NCBI GenBank assembly: GCA_964035545.1
Contig: OZ037768.1
Coordinates: 22,849,319 to 22,913,318 of the forward strand
Source: Bugula neritina
Lineage: Eukaryota; Animalia; Bryozoa
DNA length: 64,000 bases
Direction of reading: 5' to 3'
Under the pieces are notes generated by a model. That model saw only the letters and a program-made list of their open reading frames with translations, was not told the DNA's origin and did no database searches. Shown one piece after another: positions 25,201-36,836 of this stretch (within the stretch, counting starts at the first letter, position 1; every line of letters starts with the position of its first letter). The position numbers were made by a program, and so were the translations under genes.

Positions 25201-28200
25201 TGGTTCACCACAAATTAGAGAAAAGAAATTCTGGAACGTTCCAAATATAGAAGAGTTTTTACTTTGTCCAATATTCTAGAATTTTCCAAATTTTTATCAT
25301 AGAGATTCTGTGCGATCCAACGAATAACATGATCGCCTGGCAGTAGCTGGGGTTGTGGTTACATAAGTGTATACCTGTTATTTCTATTGCAGACTATAAT
25401 GACGATATCGGAGTTACGATACCCTGTATATCTATCGGCCACTGACAGATTATTGAACCAGGAGCATATAGTTGGTCTCATCAATTCTGTTAAGTGGGAC
25501 ATCAAAGAAATCATGTCCCAACATAACAACTACGTAGAAGTCATATTAAATGTAAGTCTGACAATGATGTCTAAATATATATTATGTTATGAAGCATTAA
25601 TTATTTATACCTACTAAATATTTTTAATTCTGAGAGAATTAATTGATTTGGTTTAGCTTAATTCAAAAATCAATACAGACATGAGCAAAGCCACTCGTTC
25701 AATATATTTTTAGTGTATTAGATATTATATGAGCCTTACATAATATGCCTGAAGGCTATGGAAAAATTTTGCCCACAGCTTTTCACTGATCAAATTAACA
25801 GCAGCTATTTGGCTGAGTTAGGAATGAGACTGCCTTAACCTAACCAAACATGACACTGAGTGAGTGAGTGAAAGGGGATATGTGAGAGCATTTGTTTGGC
25901 ATGACAAGTGCTAGCATGTGCTCACTTGTTGTCACCCAATAACCATGTATTGTTGGTTGACAAGCACTTGTTCAAACTGTCAATGAACACCTTGCAAGCA
26001 CCTTGCTCTTCACAACACGTTTGACAATAATTATCCACTAATTGTTGTGTTGACTTAATTAAGTACAGCTATTATCCAGGCTTTTATCTTGTCTTTTGTT
26101 TTGGTGAGCATAAAGACACTGTACTGGCTCACATCTCACACCCATTTGCATTTTTTATTCACTGGATCTGTGAGTTTATTGCAGCTATTCATGCAGTGGG
26201 GATAATTTCATATTTTAAATGGAACGTTAGGTTATGACATTTATTAGCACTATTACAGGCTCTAGTATGTTGTTTGTTGGTGTCTGTCTGTGTGTCTGTC
26301 TGTATGTATGTCTGTATGTCTCTCTGTCTGTGTGTCTGCTACACTATGTCTGTCTGTTACTCGCCAGGAGTTCCAGAGGTTCTCGGAAAGGCTACTGGAA
26401 ATAGGTCAGCACGTTCCTGTCTCCGCAGACGTGACGGCAGTTCTCTGGCAGCAGTGTGGGAGATTGGCAGCACAGGCCTTTGTTGAAGGGTGAGTCCATG
26501 ACTCATCGTGTAGTACATATAGCACTATATGATAATATATAATATGACAATATAGTGTAGTATCCCAGTGTTGCTCTGTAGAATCACGGGTGGGTGACCC
26601 ACCCCCTTTCTTTAGTTGCAGTGATTGAAGGTATCAGTTTAACATGAGAGTTTATTATGAACGAATTTTATTGACCATTACTCATGTTTCAAACTACCTA
26701 ATGTCCTTTTTGTGTCCCTTAATACAGTATTACTGTATTACAGTAATACTGTATTACAGTATTACAGTATTACAGTAATACTGTATTACAGTATTACAGT
26801 AATACTGTAATACCATCAGCTACTGTAATATCTTCGACTACTTATTCACTGGCCAACAGTTCAAGTGGCATATTTATTACTTGGTCAGTATAAAGTAATT
26901 ACATGCTGCCAGCTGCAGTATGATTAATTTATTGTTCAGAATGCTGTCTATACTCTTATAAGTTGTAGCATAATGGCTTTATAAATAACTTACTTTTATT
27001 GCATATTAATACTCAGAATATGTGATGATTCTGTTATTACTGTTACTTATGATTACAGCATAACCCCATCATCAGCTCTTATATCAGTTAGTGGATATGC
27101 AACTGTTTCTTATATCCTGGAGTTTAAAATAGGTTGTAGTTGTCTAAAAGTTATTTGTTGTAATTAATTAATTCTATAGCAGTTTGCTAAAATTTAATCA
27201 TTCTTTTGTTATGAATTTGATTTTAAAAATCAATAAAAAATTTAACCTAGTAAAACCTACAATAAGTTTGTCAATACGTTTGAAGTCTGATGTTTTATTT
27301 TTGTTTCGTTGAAAATAGAAATTGGTTTTTAACTTAAAACATTTCTGTAGATTACCAAGTATGATTATATTAATATAATTGTATTGTATAATATATTATA
27401 TACATATTATATTGTATATTTTATTTTATTCTATATGTTATATATATATTTTATTTTATTATATATAATTTTATATAATATACTATTCTATATTGTGTTG
27501 TTTTATATATTATATCATTTTATGTATTATATCATTTTATATATTATATTATTTTATATATTATATTGCGTTTACAGATATTCGTGTGTCAAGAAATGCT
27601 CAGCAGAAGGCAGGGCTCTCATGCAGCTCGACTTTCAGCAGTTCCTGTTGAAGTTTGAGAAGATAACTGGGACCAGGTGAGTTGGTTGAAGGTGAATAAG
27701 TCGTGAGGTAGTTGTAAAGTAGCTTTAGTGTGGGGGGTAGGTGCACCGCCCGTTATGGAGGTGGTATTAGTAGCTTCTCGTATAGAATGTGTCTATAGAT
27801 AACTTGAGTGAGTGGTTATATTACACAACCTTTACAATTGTTCAGTGACTCAATGAGTTACTGTACATTGTATTAGAGAAGTCCCACCACTCTGCGTGAT
27901 GACTTTAGAGTATAACTATGAACGTAAGGTGTTCTTGCCTAGCCTGGGATTCAAACTCATCATGTCTCGTCAAGAAGGGCAATGCTTCAGTGAAACACTC
28001 CGGGCTCCTTTCAGGGTGTAAACAAACGCTGTTGTCGTGGTGATGGTACTTACTTCTCTTGTGTTTTTGTTTCTAGGCCGGTGGCGGGCAGAGAGTATGT
28101 GGAGACGTACATCAAAGCGTATTACTACCCTGAGGACACACTCGACACCTGGGTGAAGGACCATAAGGTGTGTATATAGGACAGTAGTTGGAGTTATTCC

Positions 28201-29269
28201 CCTGTTGTCTCTCTCCATTACATCACTCAACACACTCTCACCAACTCTTCCAAAAACTCTCGCTATATATTCCTCTATCCGACTCTAGTTTATGGTTCAG
28301 AAAGTTACAATGCAATGGAGTAACTGAATATAAAACTTTTACTCAAATTATCTCCCACATTGTTGCCTATAATTATAATACTTTCAATACAACGCTTCAG
28401 TTACACTCAACTTTCATTACAACATGATACTGGCATTGTCTCCCCGTGTTATTATAATTCTTTGCTATCATTTCAACTCTCTACTCTGATTCATAATTAT
28501 TTCCAACTGACTGAGCCAGCTGTAAACAAAGTCAAGTTACAGTTACAGTGACCATCGTATTGCTAATATTACACTCGCCTTATTTATTCTCTTTTATTTA
28601 CTGTTTGTCGACTATTGTGTGCATTATATATTAGAAATTATCTCCCATGTCTATCAACCATGTTATGGACATTACAATGATGTAATGTTGTCATAGAATG
28701 AATCTATAAATTATGAAATCTAGTCTATAGAATCATTACTATTCTGTCATACTTACTATTCTATTATACTTACTATTCTGCCATACTTACTATTCTGTTA
28801 TACTTACTACTCTGCCATACTTACTATTCTGTTATACTTACTATTCTGTTATACTTACTATTCTGTTATACTTACTATTCTGTCATACTTACTATAATTC
28901 TGTTCTGTTATACTTACTACTCTGTTATACTTACTATTCTGTTGTACTTACTACTCTGCCATACTTACTATTCTGTTATACTTACTATTCTGTTATACTT
29001 ATACTCTGTTATACTTACTATTCTGTTATACTTACTATTCTGTTATACTTACTATTCTGTTACAGGAATACAGCAGCAAGCAGCTGGTAGCTCTGGTCAA
29101 CTGCACACCTCAGCTTAGCAAAAGAGTTCGACAGAAACTAGTCTTTCAGATTGAGGAGCCAGACAGGGACCCCAAACTAATGGGCAACTCGCCCCTCGTC
29201 CAGTTACAGAACTTTGCTAAGAAACACCGCAGGGACAACTCTACGTCATCTCGAGACAACTTCAACTAG
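4277..29269 (+). CDS. VPS50: Syndetin / VPS50 (CCDC132), EARP complex subunit; 23 coding exons, about 988 aa
   Basis: Phase-consistent exons: 4277-4321, 4668-4868, 5454-5525, 5762-5886, 7198-7351, 8002-8084, 11180-11321, 11508-11648, 13280-13430, 13843-14014, 20722-20911, 20993-21208, 21622-21707, 22142-22260, 22728-22819, 23018-23047, 23268-23443, 25102-25198, 25393-25551, 26368-26489, 27578-27676, 28077-28167, 29066-29269 (total 2967 nt, ends in TAG). Diagnostic motifs: [104 protein letters not shown]. Confidence 0.96.
6947..7139. repeat. 22-bp minisatellite (TATGTATATTGTAGTACTAGGT)n, about 9 copies
   Basis: Perfect tandem array ending about 60 nt before the VPS50 exon 5 acceptor. Confidence 0.95.
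7357..7683. repeat. 23-bp minisatellite (TACTCTGTATCAGCATTGAGCTC)n, about 14 copies
   Basis: Tandem array starting 5 nt after the VPS50 exon 5 donor. Confidence 0.95.
9134..10481 (+). CDS. Nested small C2H2 zinc-finger protein gene (about 240 aa) inside VPS50 intron 6, same strand
   Basis: Model: ATG 9134-9136 | gtgagc ... ttatag | 9584-9746 | gtgaac ... tttttacag | 9922-10481 (TAA). All phases join in frame; an alternative start is the ATG at 9590. Encodes [16 protein letters not shown] and [16 protein letters not shown] (degenerate fingers) plus a canonical finger [29 protein letters not shown] signals at about 10715 and 10904. Confidence 0.65.
13454..13677. repeat. (GTA/GCA)n trinucleotide microsatellite
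   Basis: Follows the VPS50 exon 9 donor; produces the spurious poly-V and poly-T ORFs. Confidence 0.95.
14054..14504 (-). repeat. 3' LTR (451 bp)
   Basis: No mismatch found by eye against 19782-20232. TG..CA termini. Minus-strand AATAAA about 75 nt from the LTR 3' end. Confidence 0.95.
14734..19758 (-). CDS. Bel/Pao Gag-protease-(RT missing)-RNase H remnant-integrase polyprotein, about 1674 aa
   Basis: First ATG at 19758 (the ORF track starts at a TTG, 19812, inside the LTR). DUF1759-type Gag ([12 protein letters not shown]). Triple Cys/His knuckle (17857-18057). Aspartic protease [11 protein letters not shown] (Asp at 17623-17625) ... DLLIGND. Pao RNase H C-terminal half [32 protein letters not shown]. 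Integrase [23 protein letters not shown], and a DUF5641-like tail [13 protein letters not shown]. Confidence 0.93.
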   Translation of the reverse strand: MDRQDIVILKKQRTTLRSKVTMLTNLIESAISSSNSTQVECLRSQLESTYQDFLTIHYDFLEYVSSDESMEDIAYVNKMSPVEYYQAVKASYDKAISDCNTWHSKFYKIKHSLILAIKKANGLVADCTDNTLITEHHRKCVALSESLADTIGFSDLLLELDEVILSLDYCMSKFALMSRAQSQSMNFEHRESDPSVVQSGLAESGMGGGSPSSGAGHASTMVASGQLFSPRSHPSTHEATLAPNPGITASGSDRQVLWEDHTSGEALASNPGVIASTNVRDVRFSTFSVRDLHGSPDRAAHSESLIRGATSSVVNAYDSYPNGTSQISYDSRHTGGNNFNSSIHKTHSQPKPFNGTRYHWPEFRSVWLRYATMFYDDVDRACELKKFLTGEALEMVQPIFATQPQAYERMMCRLEEVYNDPSMSVQAVFNNLQELKPVKEGDARELVKMANAVESSYSQLGEVGLLQAVTLPQVDTLANLLPISIRRDWDRHFHSLTHEERIKPFPHLMRFLEQERQIALRRIETVNPQSSSMHKQKVKAFHTESSGPKSSSNRSTNNSKIIDSENYCFIHRSERHCLVECRNFLALSVDERYKLIKTNSLCVRCLGAHEPKRCPNFRTPCPVCDKTTHYVLLCIKSAETNTHTNCNTNKNKAKADQIKHKSNENSEASAVSTTVRVSPNHGAHNHPGNTTVFGIQQAQVVGTSHTAIVFFDGGSNASFISERAAKAWGARQIDKVNLEMSTLGEHEVSETSTIYEVKLQTPKGRTFAILAYSLRKLTGAINRPLDANILGSLFPKVDTSKLLKKTGPIDLLIGNDLLGLHPKHQVDQAGPHLYVYSGPFGLCVQGSHPALSNFSTLPSSSFHVQATMMHKKLEEVEFAQSIHNDTLNSCDLDLSTVSTPACSVNSPDASPSQFPKSFPRSQHIIDCGESHTIATECCMIESANDSDPLQSPGDPVTESAEQIGSRQLNRSLEVNDSTSMSIEIKRKYEFTSSTSITQSTPVPTNERAESKVTAKGVNKATAKCRIAPIKQQLKIPQLKLNEVVWSKRGRQFIKTEMRYEFEKVYQLIDSKTVLKMLQKKSTKFHVYEGVRIGEIQGATNGDMSCWHWVSGKENTADWLTRGKPVNDIGPLSEWWRGSNFLYLPEDQWDIKSPSDSNELVFGEKKIVYTVTASTEVQSFIKYENFSSLKSLTWTIARVCNIFKYKSFKGIQPDLVTVTDLRQTKLYLLKQVQRTIDSELNKIKGKYTRLHPIKTESGVWIVGSRLLRHNPMTAIKTHMQSILPTTHYFTYWAMRQAHTDSYHRGRDATLARFRKEFWTMQGSKVARGIVTSCQMCRLKQPRFTDQLMGSVPTERLTTEPPFNNVMIDLFGPYIVRGEKQTRTLSKAYGVIFTDISSRAAHIEAVFGYDSDSFLLALTRFVNIRGWPSKIYSDPGTQLAGAEKELKDMWRRMDKDSIKKTSAENGLQWEFGPGDSPWYQGAAESLIKAVKRCFTFSMSNRRLSPTEFLTICTEAANTLNERPLGLLPDSDSEINILTPNCQLIGRPFIKNPGNWNTDYSLRGRLALVNTVSDDFWRKWTELYAPTLIHHQKWHTPRRNFQVGDVVVVMDPNQLRNQYKLARVHQVYPSKDGVVRKVALSYKNYKVAGKLRDYVGCKDTIITRSVHRLALLTEVNP
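19782..20232 (-). repeat. 5' LTR (451 bp)
   Basis: Matches 14054-14504; followed outward by the TSD CTGCT. Confidence 0.95.
20323..20520 (+). mobile_element. tRNA-derived SINE-like element
   Basis: A-box-like TAGCCTAGGGTCTAGAGC; 9-bp stem CACTGACCT/AGGTCAGTG; B-box GGTTCAATCCC (20374-20384). These are followed by TGGTGATGTTAGGAAGAGCATTCAG, which resembles the GGAAGGGCATCC central motif of invertebrate SINEs. The 3' boundary is approximate. Confidence 0.55.
21236..21352. repeat. About 19-bp minisatellite (GTGTTACGAGTTAGTTAGT-like)
   Basis: Tandem array just after the VPS50 exon 12 donor. Confidence 0.85.
22436..22709. repeat. 17-bp minisatellite (CAGACGTATAGTTTATG)n
   Basis: Tandem array ending about 18 nt before the exon 15 acceptor; the same unit recurs at 58802-58914. 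Confidence 0.92.
23092..23273. repeat. 16/21-bp minisatellite containing the exon 17 splice acceptor (ATCATAG|ACTGAG), 10 copies
   Basis: Ten CATAGACTGAG units; the last one runs into the coding exon. Confidence 0.92.
26722..26812. repeat. Self-complementary TACAGTAAT/ATTACTGTA short-unit array
   Basis: Mixed direct and inverted 8-9-mers. Confidence 0.8.
28735..29062. repeat. 17-bp minisatellite (TACTTACTATTCTGTTA)n
   Basis: The array runs directly into the last VPS50 acceptor (ctgttacag|GAA). Confidence 0.93.
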
Positions 29270-30493
29270 TCTGAGAATAGTTTTGGTGAGGGGCGGCTAA
29301 CTGACCCCTCCCTCCTGACTGCGGAGCTGCGCACTTGGTCTACTGGCTATTTAATCGCAGAGTCTACCATTCAATATGGCTGACCAGCTTTATCTCTTGA
29401 AAAATAAAAATAACTGTACTTTTGCTCAGTTGTGACTTTAGTCGTGTAGCAGTGACCAGTAATTTATGTGTTATTTATGTACATTACTGTCTAGGTTGTA
29501 TACTGTTACTTGTTATAATTTACAATATGCATATACTCGTTACGTGTACGAAACTGGCCGCCTTATTCTTGACCTTTAGTTGATGACATTCCAGTGACCT
29601 TGGTACAGGCTATGTCCCCAATTACCTCGTGAAATTTTGTTAATTTTACATTTTGCTCTTCTTATGGTGTCTGTGACTTTGAGATTCTATGAGTGTTTGT
29701 ATTTTCTTTTATTAATTTTATGGTTATTTATATCCACTGTATCGAGGAAATTAGGGTGTAAATGATAGGAAATTGGACAATGTGAATGTATAATCATAAT
29801 TTATTTTAGAATTACTTTATTAACATACACCCTAATTACTTGTTATCACAAAATGCATTTTTATGTACTATAATTATTATTATATTCATATTTGTATCAC
29901 AAATATATTATTATGCAACCAAAAATAACTTTTAGAAATGTTTTGTTTATAAAAGTATTTTTATAATTCACACTCCAATGTCCTATAAAAATTTATACAA
30001 GTTAGCAACTTTAATATTTACATGTCATACTAGGGATACACAGTAATAATAAAAGATCCATATTAATTGTATCAATTGTTATATAATTGAGGAATGTAAA
30101 ACGCAAAATTGATGGCAAAGTGGGTGTGCAGTACTTTATATATGTAGATATTAGAGTATGGGCAAGATACAACATACAAGACATAGGAGTGAACTGTAAG
30201 CCTGGGCTATACCCAAGCTGTTTATTAAAACTCTGTTCACAGCTGCATATTAAATATAAATGAGAGATATATAAAGAGACCAAAGGTATGAGCTTTGAAC
30301 AGAGGCGTGGCTAATATAGGAAGTCACATGACTAATTTATTAATTCATTTGTGTGTTCTCTCAAATAATTATTGATAACATATATTTTGTTGCTTTGTAA
30401 AATGATTTATAATATAAATATATAGTATGGTATAGCTACAACTGAATGAGCAAGAAGGCAGGTAATGTTTAGAGATTCAGAGTCGTGGGCTAC

Positions 30494-33400
30494 TCAGTTT
30501 CCCACAAATATCAGAGGTCCGTCACCAGTAGACTTCTTCATTTCTTGCGCCCTCTTCTTTATCATCTTCATCAAATCCTTTTCTCTTTTCTTTGTCAATC
30601 GGGCTGCGTCTTTCTTTTCACTTTTTGGCTTTCTCTTTTTTCTTCAGAAAATTATCATCAAATATGTGTTCCAGTGCAATATTCAAACTTTAGTATTATT
30701 ATAATGAGTATATAGACTTACTTTCTGATATAAATGAATTGAACTATATAATATGATTATATTACAATATCCTAATATGATTATGTTATTACCCTATATT
30801 ATTATATTATAATATGATTATATTACTATATTATATAATTATATTGTAAACTCCTTCAATGCAATATCAATTTGAAACATACATGAAACTATACGTTTTG
30901 TAAAACATATTTTCACATTAGCTTTAGCAGTAAGAAAAGCACACGATTATTAACATTCCTAATGCATTTATAAAATGCGTGCAATGCATGTACCACAGGA
31001 CTATGTTACTCACATATCACTGCTATCTTTATATACTTTCTCCATCCACTCTATCCATTTATCATCACTGTAGTTAGTCTTTACCTCCAGTAGTACAATT
31101 CCCTGTTCAACTAGCCCTTGGGGGCTCTTAGCTTTTATTGTATACCACCCGTTGTCTTTCTCAGTTACTTGCAACAATCTCAGTTTATAGTCAAACCATT
31201 TGTCATAGAATGTTCCCTTTCTGTAGTGAGGCTGAGATAAAGACATGTGACGGCTGGCCATATTCCCTAAAAATATAGCATAAGTTCTCTCAAAACTCAG
31301 CTCATACAAGCCAAATAAAGCTAATATATACAATGCATCACTATTGCATAACTTTTTGTTCTTCATTTTTATATGAAAAGCTAGAAAGTTGCATTTGAAG
31401 ACATGCATAGGTGAAAACATGTTATACAAACACTGCATCAGAGTGTACTCCATGTTATATAAGTATGTAATAGTTTTAAATATGTTAAAATAGCAATACA
31501 GTTGGAATATATTTGTAATAATAGAATACAGTAAAGTATTGCTATTAAGGGTGTAAATATTGAAACATTTCTTTTAATTTTTTGCAATTAATCAAGATTA
31601 TGCTTTTGGAAAAGAACTTAGAATTTTGGAAAGTACAATATTTTTCAATTTTTTCGACGTAACTTACAATAACTTACGTGTATAGAAATAAATAATTAAT
31701 AATTTACAAATCGATGACAGTTATTTTTTATTGACTTATATTGGCAGTTTTGACAAATATATAATTTATCAGGTTTTTTAGTTTAAATAAAGCAGTGATA
31801 ATCCTTTTTGAATAAGATTAGGTAAAGTTTATTGAAAAAGTGTTTTAGCAAATTTTTTGAGTAGTTTTCTGAGAAAGGGATCAACACTTAAGTGTTTGCT
31901 CAGTGTTTACATAAATTAGGTTTCTGCAGAAAAGAGTTACAGTAAATAAGATGCAAACAAATGAAATCTTTTCTGATTAAGAAAAATATCAACACCAGAG
32001 AACAAACCAACACACTGATTTAGCATGTGGATCATAACACTTGAGGTATTTGCTAATGAGCTAAGAAACACTGTGTAGGTTTGAGCTTTTGCTTCATAAA
32101 TAAAACCTTAATAACTTTTGCTACTTAAAACAGTTTCAGTTTCTTTCTTTTGTGCTTTTTGTAACTCATGAAACGATGTACTAGTTTATTTTTGCAATAA
32201 TAGTTTATGTTAAAACTGTTTTATACCCTCAATTTAAAAATCAGCACACGATGACATAGAATAGTTTAGAAATTAGTTGAGCCAAGGCAGTTTAATAGTT
32301 TTTGGTTAAGTAATAATAAGCGTAGATGCTGCAAATCATTTGGAATTATAGACTTTTTATCAAGTTTTTGATAAAAAAAGTAGTATGCAGGTAAAGAAAT
32401 TCTAAAATATAACTTAGAGCTTTTGGGAGCTAGCCAGGTACTAGCCAGAAAAATCAGGCGCAGTGTGAATTTTGAAACCATGCAAGCTATGCTCACTCTA
32501 GACTCATTACATAATAAATTGAATTACTGAGTAAGTATATTAGCCCTGCATACCTGTATCTAGTAACGTGTCATTGTAGAACCACTGCACTTCTATAACA
32601 TCTCCCATAACTTGACACTGTAAATCTACAAAACAGATATAAACGTCTGCATGAGTGTATGTAGTCAGATATATGAGTTCATGTATGTATTAATGTGCTA
32701 CCACCTTAATATACTATAAGCTAGCTTACTCATTGGACACAAAATCTAGTGCAACTGTAAGTCAATTGCTGTTGTAGTATTTACTTGCTCAAACTGATAT
32801 TTTATATATCTATAAAACGTTTCTTATTACAAAGTGCTTTCTTGAACAATGAACAAACTTCCAATATATATTCCTAGTTTTTTGAAAAAGCTACATGTAT
32901 ATAATTATATGTAGTATAATGTGTTTTTAAGCATAAGAGCAATATTTATGAAGAGGTTGGATTTATTTCTGTGACATTGTTTATTAAAATAAATTTATAC
33001 ATGTGAAGTTGTCTCACCTATGTAGGGCAGCACGCTGTGTAGCCACTTGACCATTACTAATCTCTTACACTTAAATATCAGCATATCCTGTTCTTGTCTT
33101 TCCAGGTATTCTAGCACATCCTGTATGAAAAGACAATGCAGGTATTATTAACTCTGCTTGACTCTAGGTAACAAAGCAATTGGTCTACTTATTCCAGATA
33201 AAATATACGTATATATAATAGCAGTCCATTAATCTGTTTGTTATCTAATTTACTTAATTCATGATTAAACTAACTATAGCCATTTTCACCAGCTTTTACT
33301 GTTGATGTTAGAATATGTATATTATATGTAGTACTATTTATGTTACAAATTTGTTAAATAAACCCTTATATAAAATTTTTGCCCCCACTGGGATACAAAC

Positions 33401-36400
33401 CGAGACCTCTGGCTTGCAAACCTAGCATGCTAACCACTACACCACAGAGTTTACTGGGTAAACCAAACACTGCAGCTTAGTTTTACACTTTTACACTCTC
33501 TATTTAGAAAATGTTATTGTCAATAATTTGCTTGCAGAAATTTCTGTCAATGAACCTAAAATAACAAATTTGTGACATCTCTCACACCTCCTTGAGCAGT
33601 TCTTCATAAAAGTTTGAATTGCCATTAACTAAAGGTGAGATGTGTTGAAAACTCATGTTTCCTATAATAATATATTCTATTATAATAATATATTATGTTA
33701 TACATGCAGGTTTCAAAGTCTTTGACTTATTAACAGCATGCTTGCCCTCCTTATCACCTACAAGTGCTTCTGTAAACATTTTCAGATCGGAAATTTTACC
33801 TTATTTCAACTTGTAATATGCATTATTTTATACGCTTTATTGTATTTTATCATTATTGCTAGTTATTCTTATTTATAGCAGATTAATCATTATATAAATT
33901 GCAAGAAAAACCAAATAATAATCACAAATAATTAGGTGTCTATGTGAACTTTACAGCTGGTAGTATTCTTTTAAGATGTGTAATAATGCATTAGGCTAGA
34001 CTGGAAAACAAGTATATAATGTATACTAAAGCATGTATAACCTAACTATTTCTTACTAATAGGTAAATTGGTTAATAAGTAAGTTAATTTAGTTTTGTTA
34101 CATCAGAATGGTATTCAATTATATTCAACTATCCCAGAGCACCGTGGGTGTTCATGCTACTGATTTATTTTAAATAATGATTTATAATTTCAGTGTACTA
34201 AACATCAAAGCCTTGCTGCCGTTAATTAAAAGTAAGTGCTTTTAGCTTTTAGCGGCAGCACTTTTGTAATAAACTAGCAAACAGCACTGCTATTCAGTGA
34301 TATAAGCAATTATCATCGGAATAAAAGAATAATGGAATTTAAAATTAGGTTCTTAATATGTTTTGTTATACACATAAATTAATTTATAAATAATTATAAG
34401 CCAATAAAAAGGCTAAATGTCTAACAGCAGGAGGGAAAGTTAGCATTGGCTAACTCAGTTAGCCTAGGGCCACACTGTGCGTATTTTCGCATGCGAAAAT
34501 TAAAATCACGAGTAGCAAAGGTGTCCACTGTAGCGTCAGTGATGCGTGATAAATAAAGCATTCATTTTTAAATCGCACTCAATAAAACGCTTTCAATAAA
34601 ACGCAATTTACTGGAATATAGCACTAAATAAAGAAAATGGGCTCGCTGAATAGCTACCAGCCAATTAGGTGACAACGACAGAGACGATTCGCACTTGCGT
34701 TGAAAATGCAGAGCGACAAGTGCGAAGGTTTTCTCAACGCGCACAGTGGACACCTTTGCTACTTGTGATTTCAATTTTCGCATGCGAAAATATGCACCGT
34801 GTGGCCCTAGGCTTAGAGTTTTACTATCACTATGTTCTGATAGTTGGTTATCTTGGATTCATTTCATGTGACATATGTATTAAATGACAAAAGGGTGCAT
34901 GATGGTTACAAACTTTATTATGTATATTAGCTAACATTAATTCTCCTTAGATTAAAGGCAAATCAATGTATCATGACTAAAATATGGCTTTATTCAAATC
35001 CTATTCATGTTATGACTCATTTGTTTTATTCAAAACAATTGATTTCATAGATGTTTGGCATACATTTTGCATGATAAATTCTTTAGGGAAACAGCTGGAA
35101 ACTGACTTCTAAGCTATGATTAATAATGTTATTTATACGTGTGCTTGTTTAACTAAGAAATCAAATGAGTCTGATACATTTAGATGTAATTGTGTTATTA
35201 CCAGTTTCTTCACTGATTCCTAGAACTTATTGATTTATCTAATAACGTAAATAAAACACTTGTCTTTTGAAAGACAGCTATTATATTAAATTAACAATCA
35301 TTGTTACATTTAATTGCAATTAATGGAAAAAGCAGTTCATTTACGTTTTCAGTATGATGTGATATCTATAAACGTAGATGATAGCTATGATATATTATAG
35401 TAACAACAATGATATAGTGTACGCTGTCTACTTGCTTTTATAAGTATTTGATATTTTTAGGTTAAAATGGTGTCAATGAGTTATAAAAAATAAATTCTTT
35501 TTTCGTAATAAGAATTGATTAGCAGTAAGTATCAATGGTTAAACAATATATTGCAACAGCTAGTGAGCTCATCAACTTCAAGTATTATAACGCACACTCT
35601 TTAAAATGTTGCTGTTTTTAGATTGAAAGCATAGCGTGGTTTGTTTGAAATCAGCAACAGGAAATAATCAAAAGTTGAGTCTTTTTCTTCCCCCAGATTG
35701 ACTATTATTTCACCAGAATTTGAAAATTTAGCTAAGCTTTAACTTAAAATTTGCATTTGTTTATTTTTCAAATAAACTTTTCATTTCATTGCTTATAAAT
35801 CTATCTCACTCATAACGATTGACGTCCAGTTCTCCATAAAACATCTTGTTATATGCACACCTTATTATAGTTAGCTGAAAGTCTCAACATATACTTAAAT
35901 TTCATGCTAAATACTCAATTGATAACAAAAGATTCTTAAAAATATATTTAAATGTAATCTCTGCTAGATTATAAGCGCAAGAATTTGTTTTAAGATTACC
36001 AAAGTTGTAAGACAAACAGACTACAGGCAAAATATTCTTTACTCTCAAACACAAATATGCTGTAAAACTATACACCTATTCTTTTACAGTGTGTTTATTT
36101 AGCACCTGTAGTTATTCAGTGCTAGAGGCAATACTCTAGAAAGTATTTATTTACTTGTATATATTAGTGAGACAATAGAAAGAACCAGGTAATATGAGAT
36201 ACTGCTGCTACTGTTGACAAAATTAATATGTGGTCCCCATGTAGTCACAGCATTTGAGTTACTGTGATATCCATGTGTGTTGAATATACGGTAACACCTT
36301 ATTATCTATATATTGAATATACTGTAATACCGTATTATCTATATGTTGAATATACTGTAATACCGTATTATTCATATGTTGAACATATTTTAATTGCTTA

Positions 36401-36836
36401 CTGCATTATCCACATATTACACATAGTAGCATCATATAATTCATGTGTTGAACATGTTGTGACACCACATTATACGTATGTTGAATATTCTTTCTTACTG
36501 TGTTGAAACTATATTAAAGAAGTATAATACTCATTTCCATGTTTTAAATAAACTAAAGCACTTTCTATATTTACAAAGTGTTGAACTGCACAAAAGTCTA
36601 TTCAAGCTACATTTGATATCAAATTTCATTGCAGAGTTAGTCTAAATATATAAACTAAGATAACCTAATACAAAAACCAGTTCATGGTGGTAGTCCCAAA
36701 ATGATGCAATACTCTTAGCGCTTACCGCATCGCTGTTTAGTTCTAGATCCGTTCTCTTTTTTCTTTTTCGAGCATCAGCAATATTTACATCCAATAACAT
36801 TATTAAAAGTAGTGCAGTTGTGAAGGCAGCCTTCAT
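30494..36836 (-). CDS. Uncharacterised secreted protein with one Ig-like domain and a basic C-terminal tail (about 228 aa, 5 exons)
   Basis: Exons 36836-36726, 33120-33018, 32625-32554, 31266-31014, 30641-30494, all GT-AG and phase-consistent (687 nt, TGA stop). Signal peptide MKAAFTTALLLIMLLDVNIADA, then RKRKKR. Ig motifs LQCQV..VQWFYN..LRLLQVTEKDNGWYTIKA. Lys/Arg-rich tail. Confidence 0.75.
33369..33476 (-). mobile_element. tRNA-like repeat (SINE head or pseudo-tRNA), copy 1
   Basis: Reverse complement reads CTGTGGTGTAGTGGTTAGCATGCTAGGTTTGCAAGCCAGAGGTCTCGGTTTGTATCCCAGTGGGGGCAAAAATTTTATA; homologous to 62650-62756. Confidence 0.7.
34462..34812. mobile_element. PIF/Harbinger (Tourist)-type MITE, 351 bp
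   Basis: About 70-bp terminal inverted repeats starting GCCTAGGGCCACAC (4 mismatches by eye). TTA TSD at 34459-34461 and 34813-34815. No coding capacity. Confidence 0.88.
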
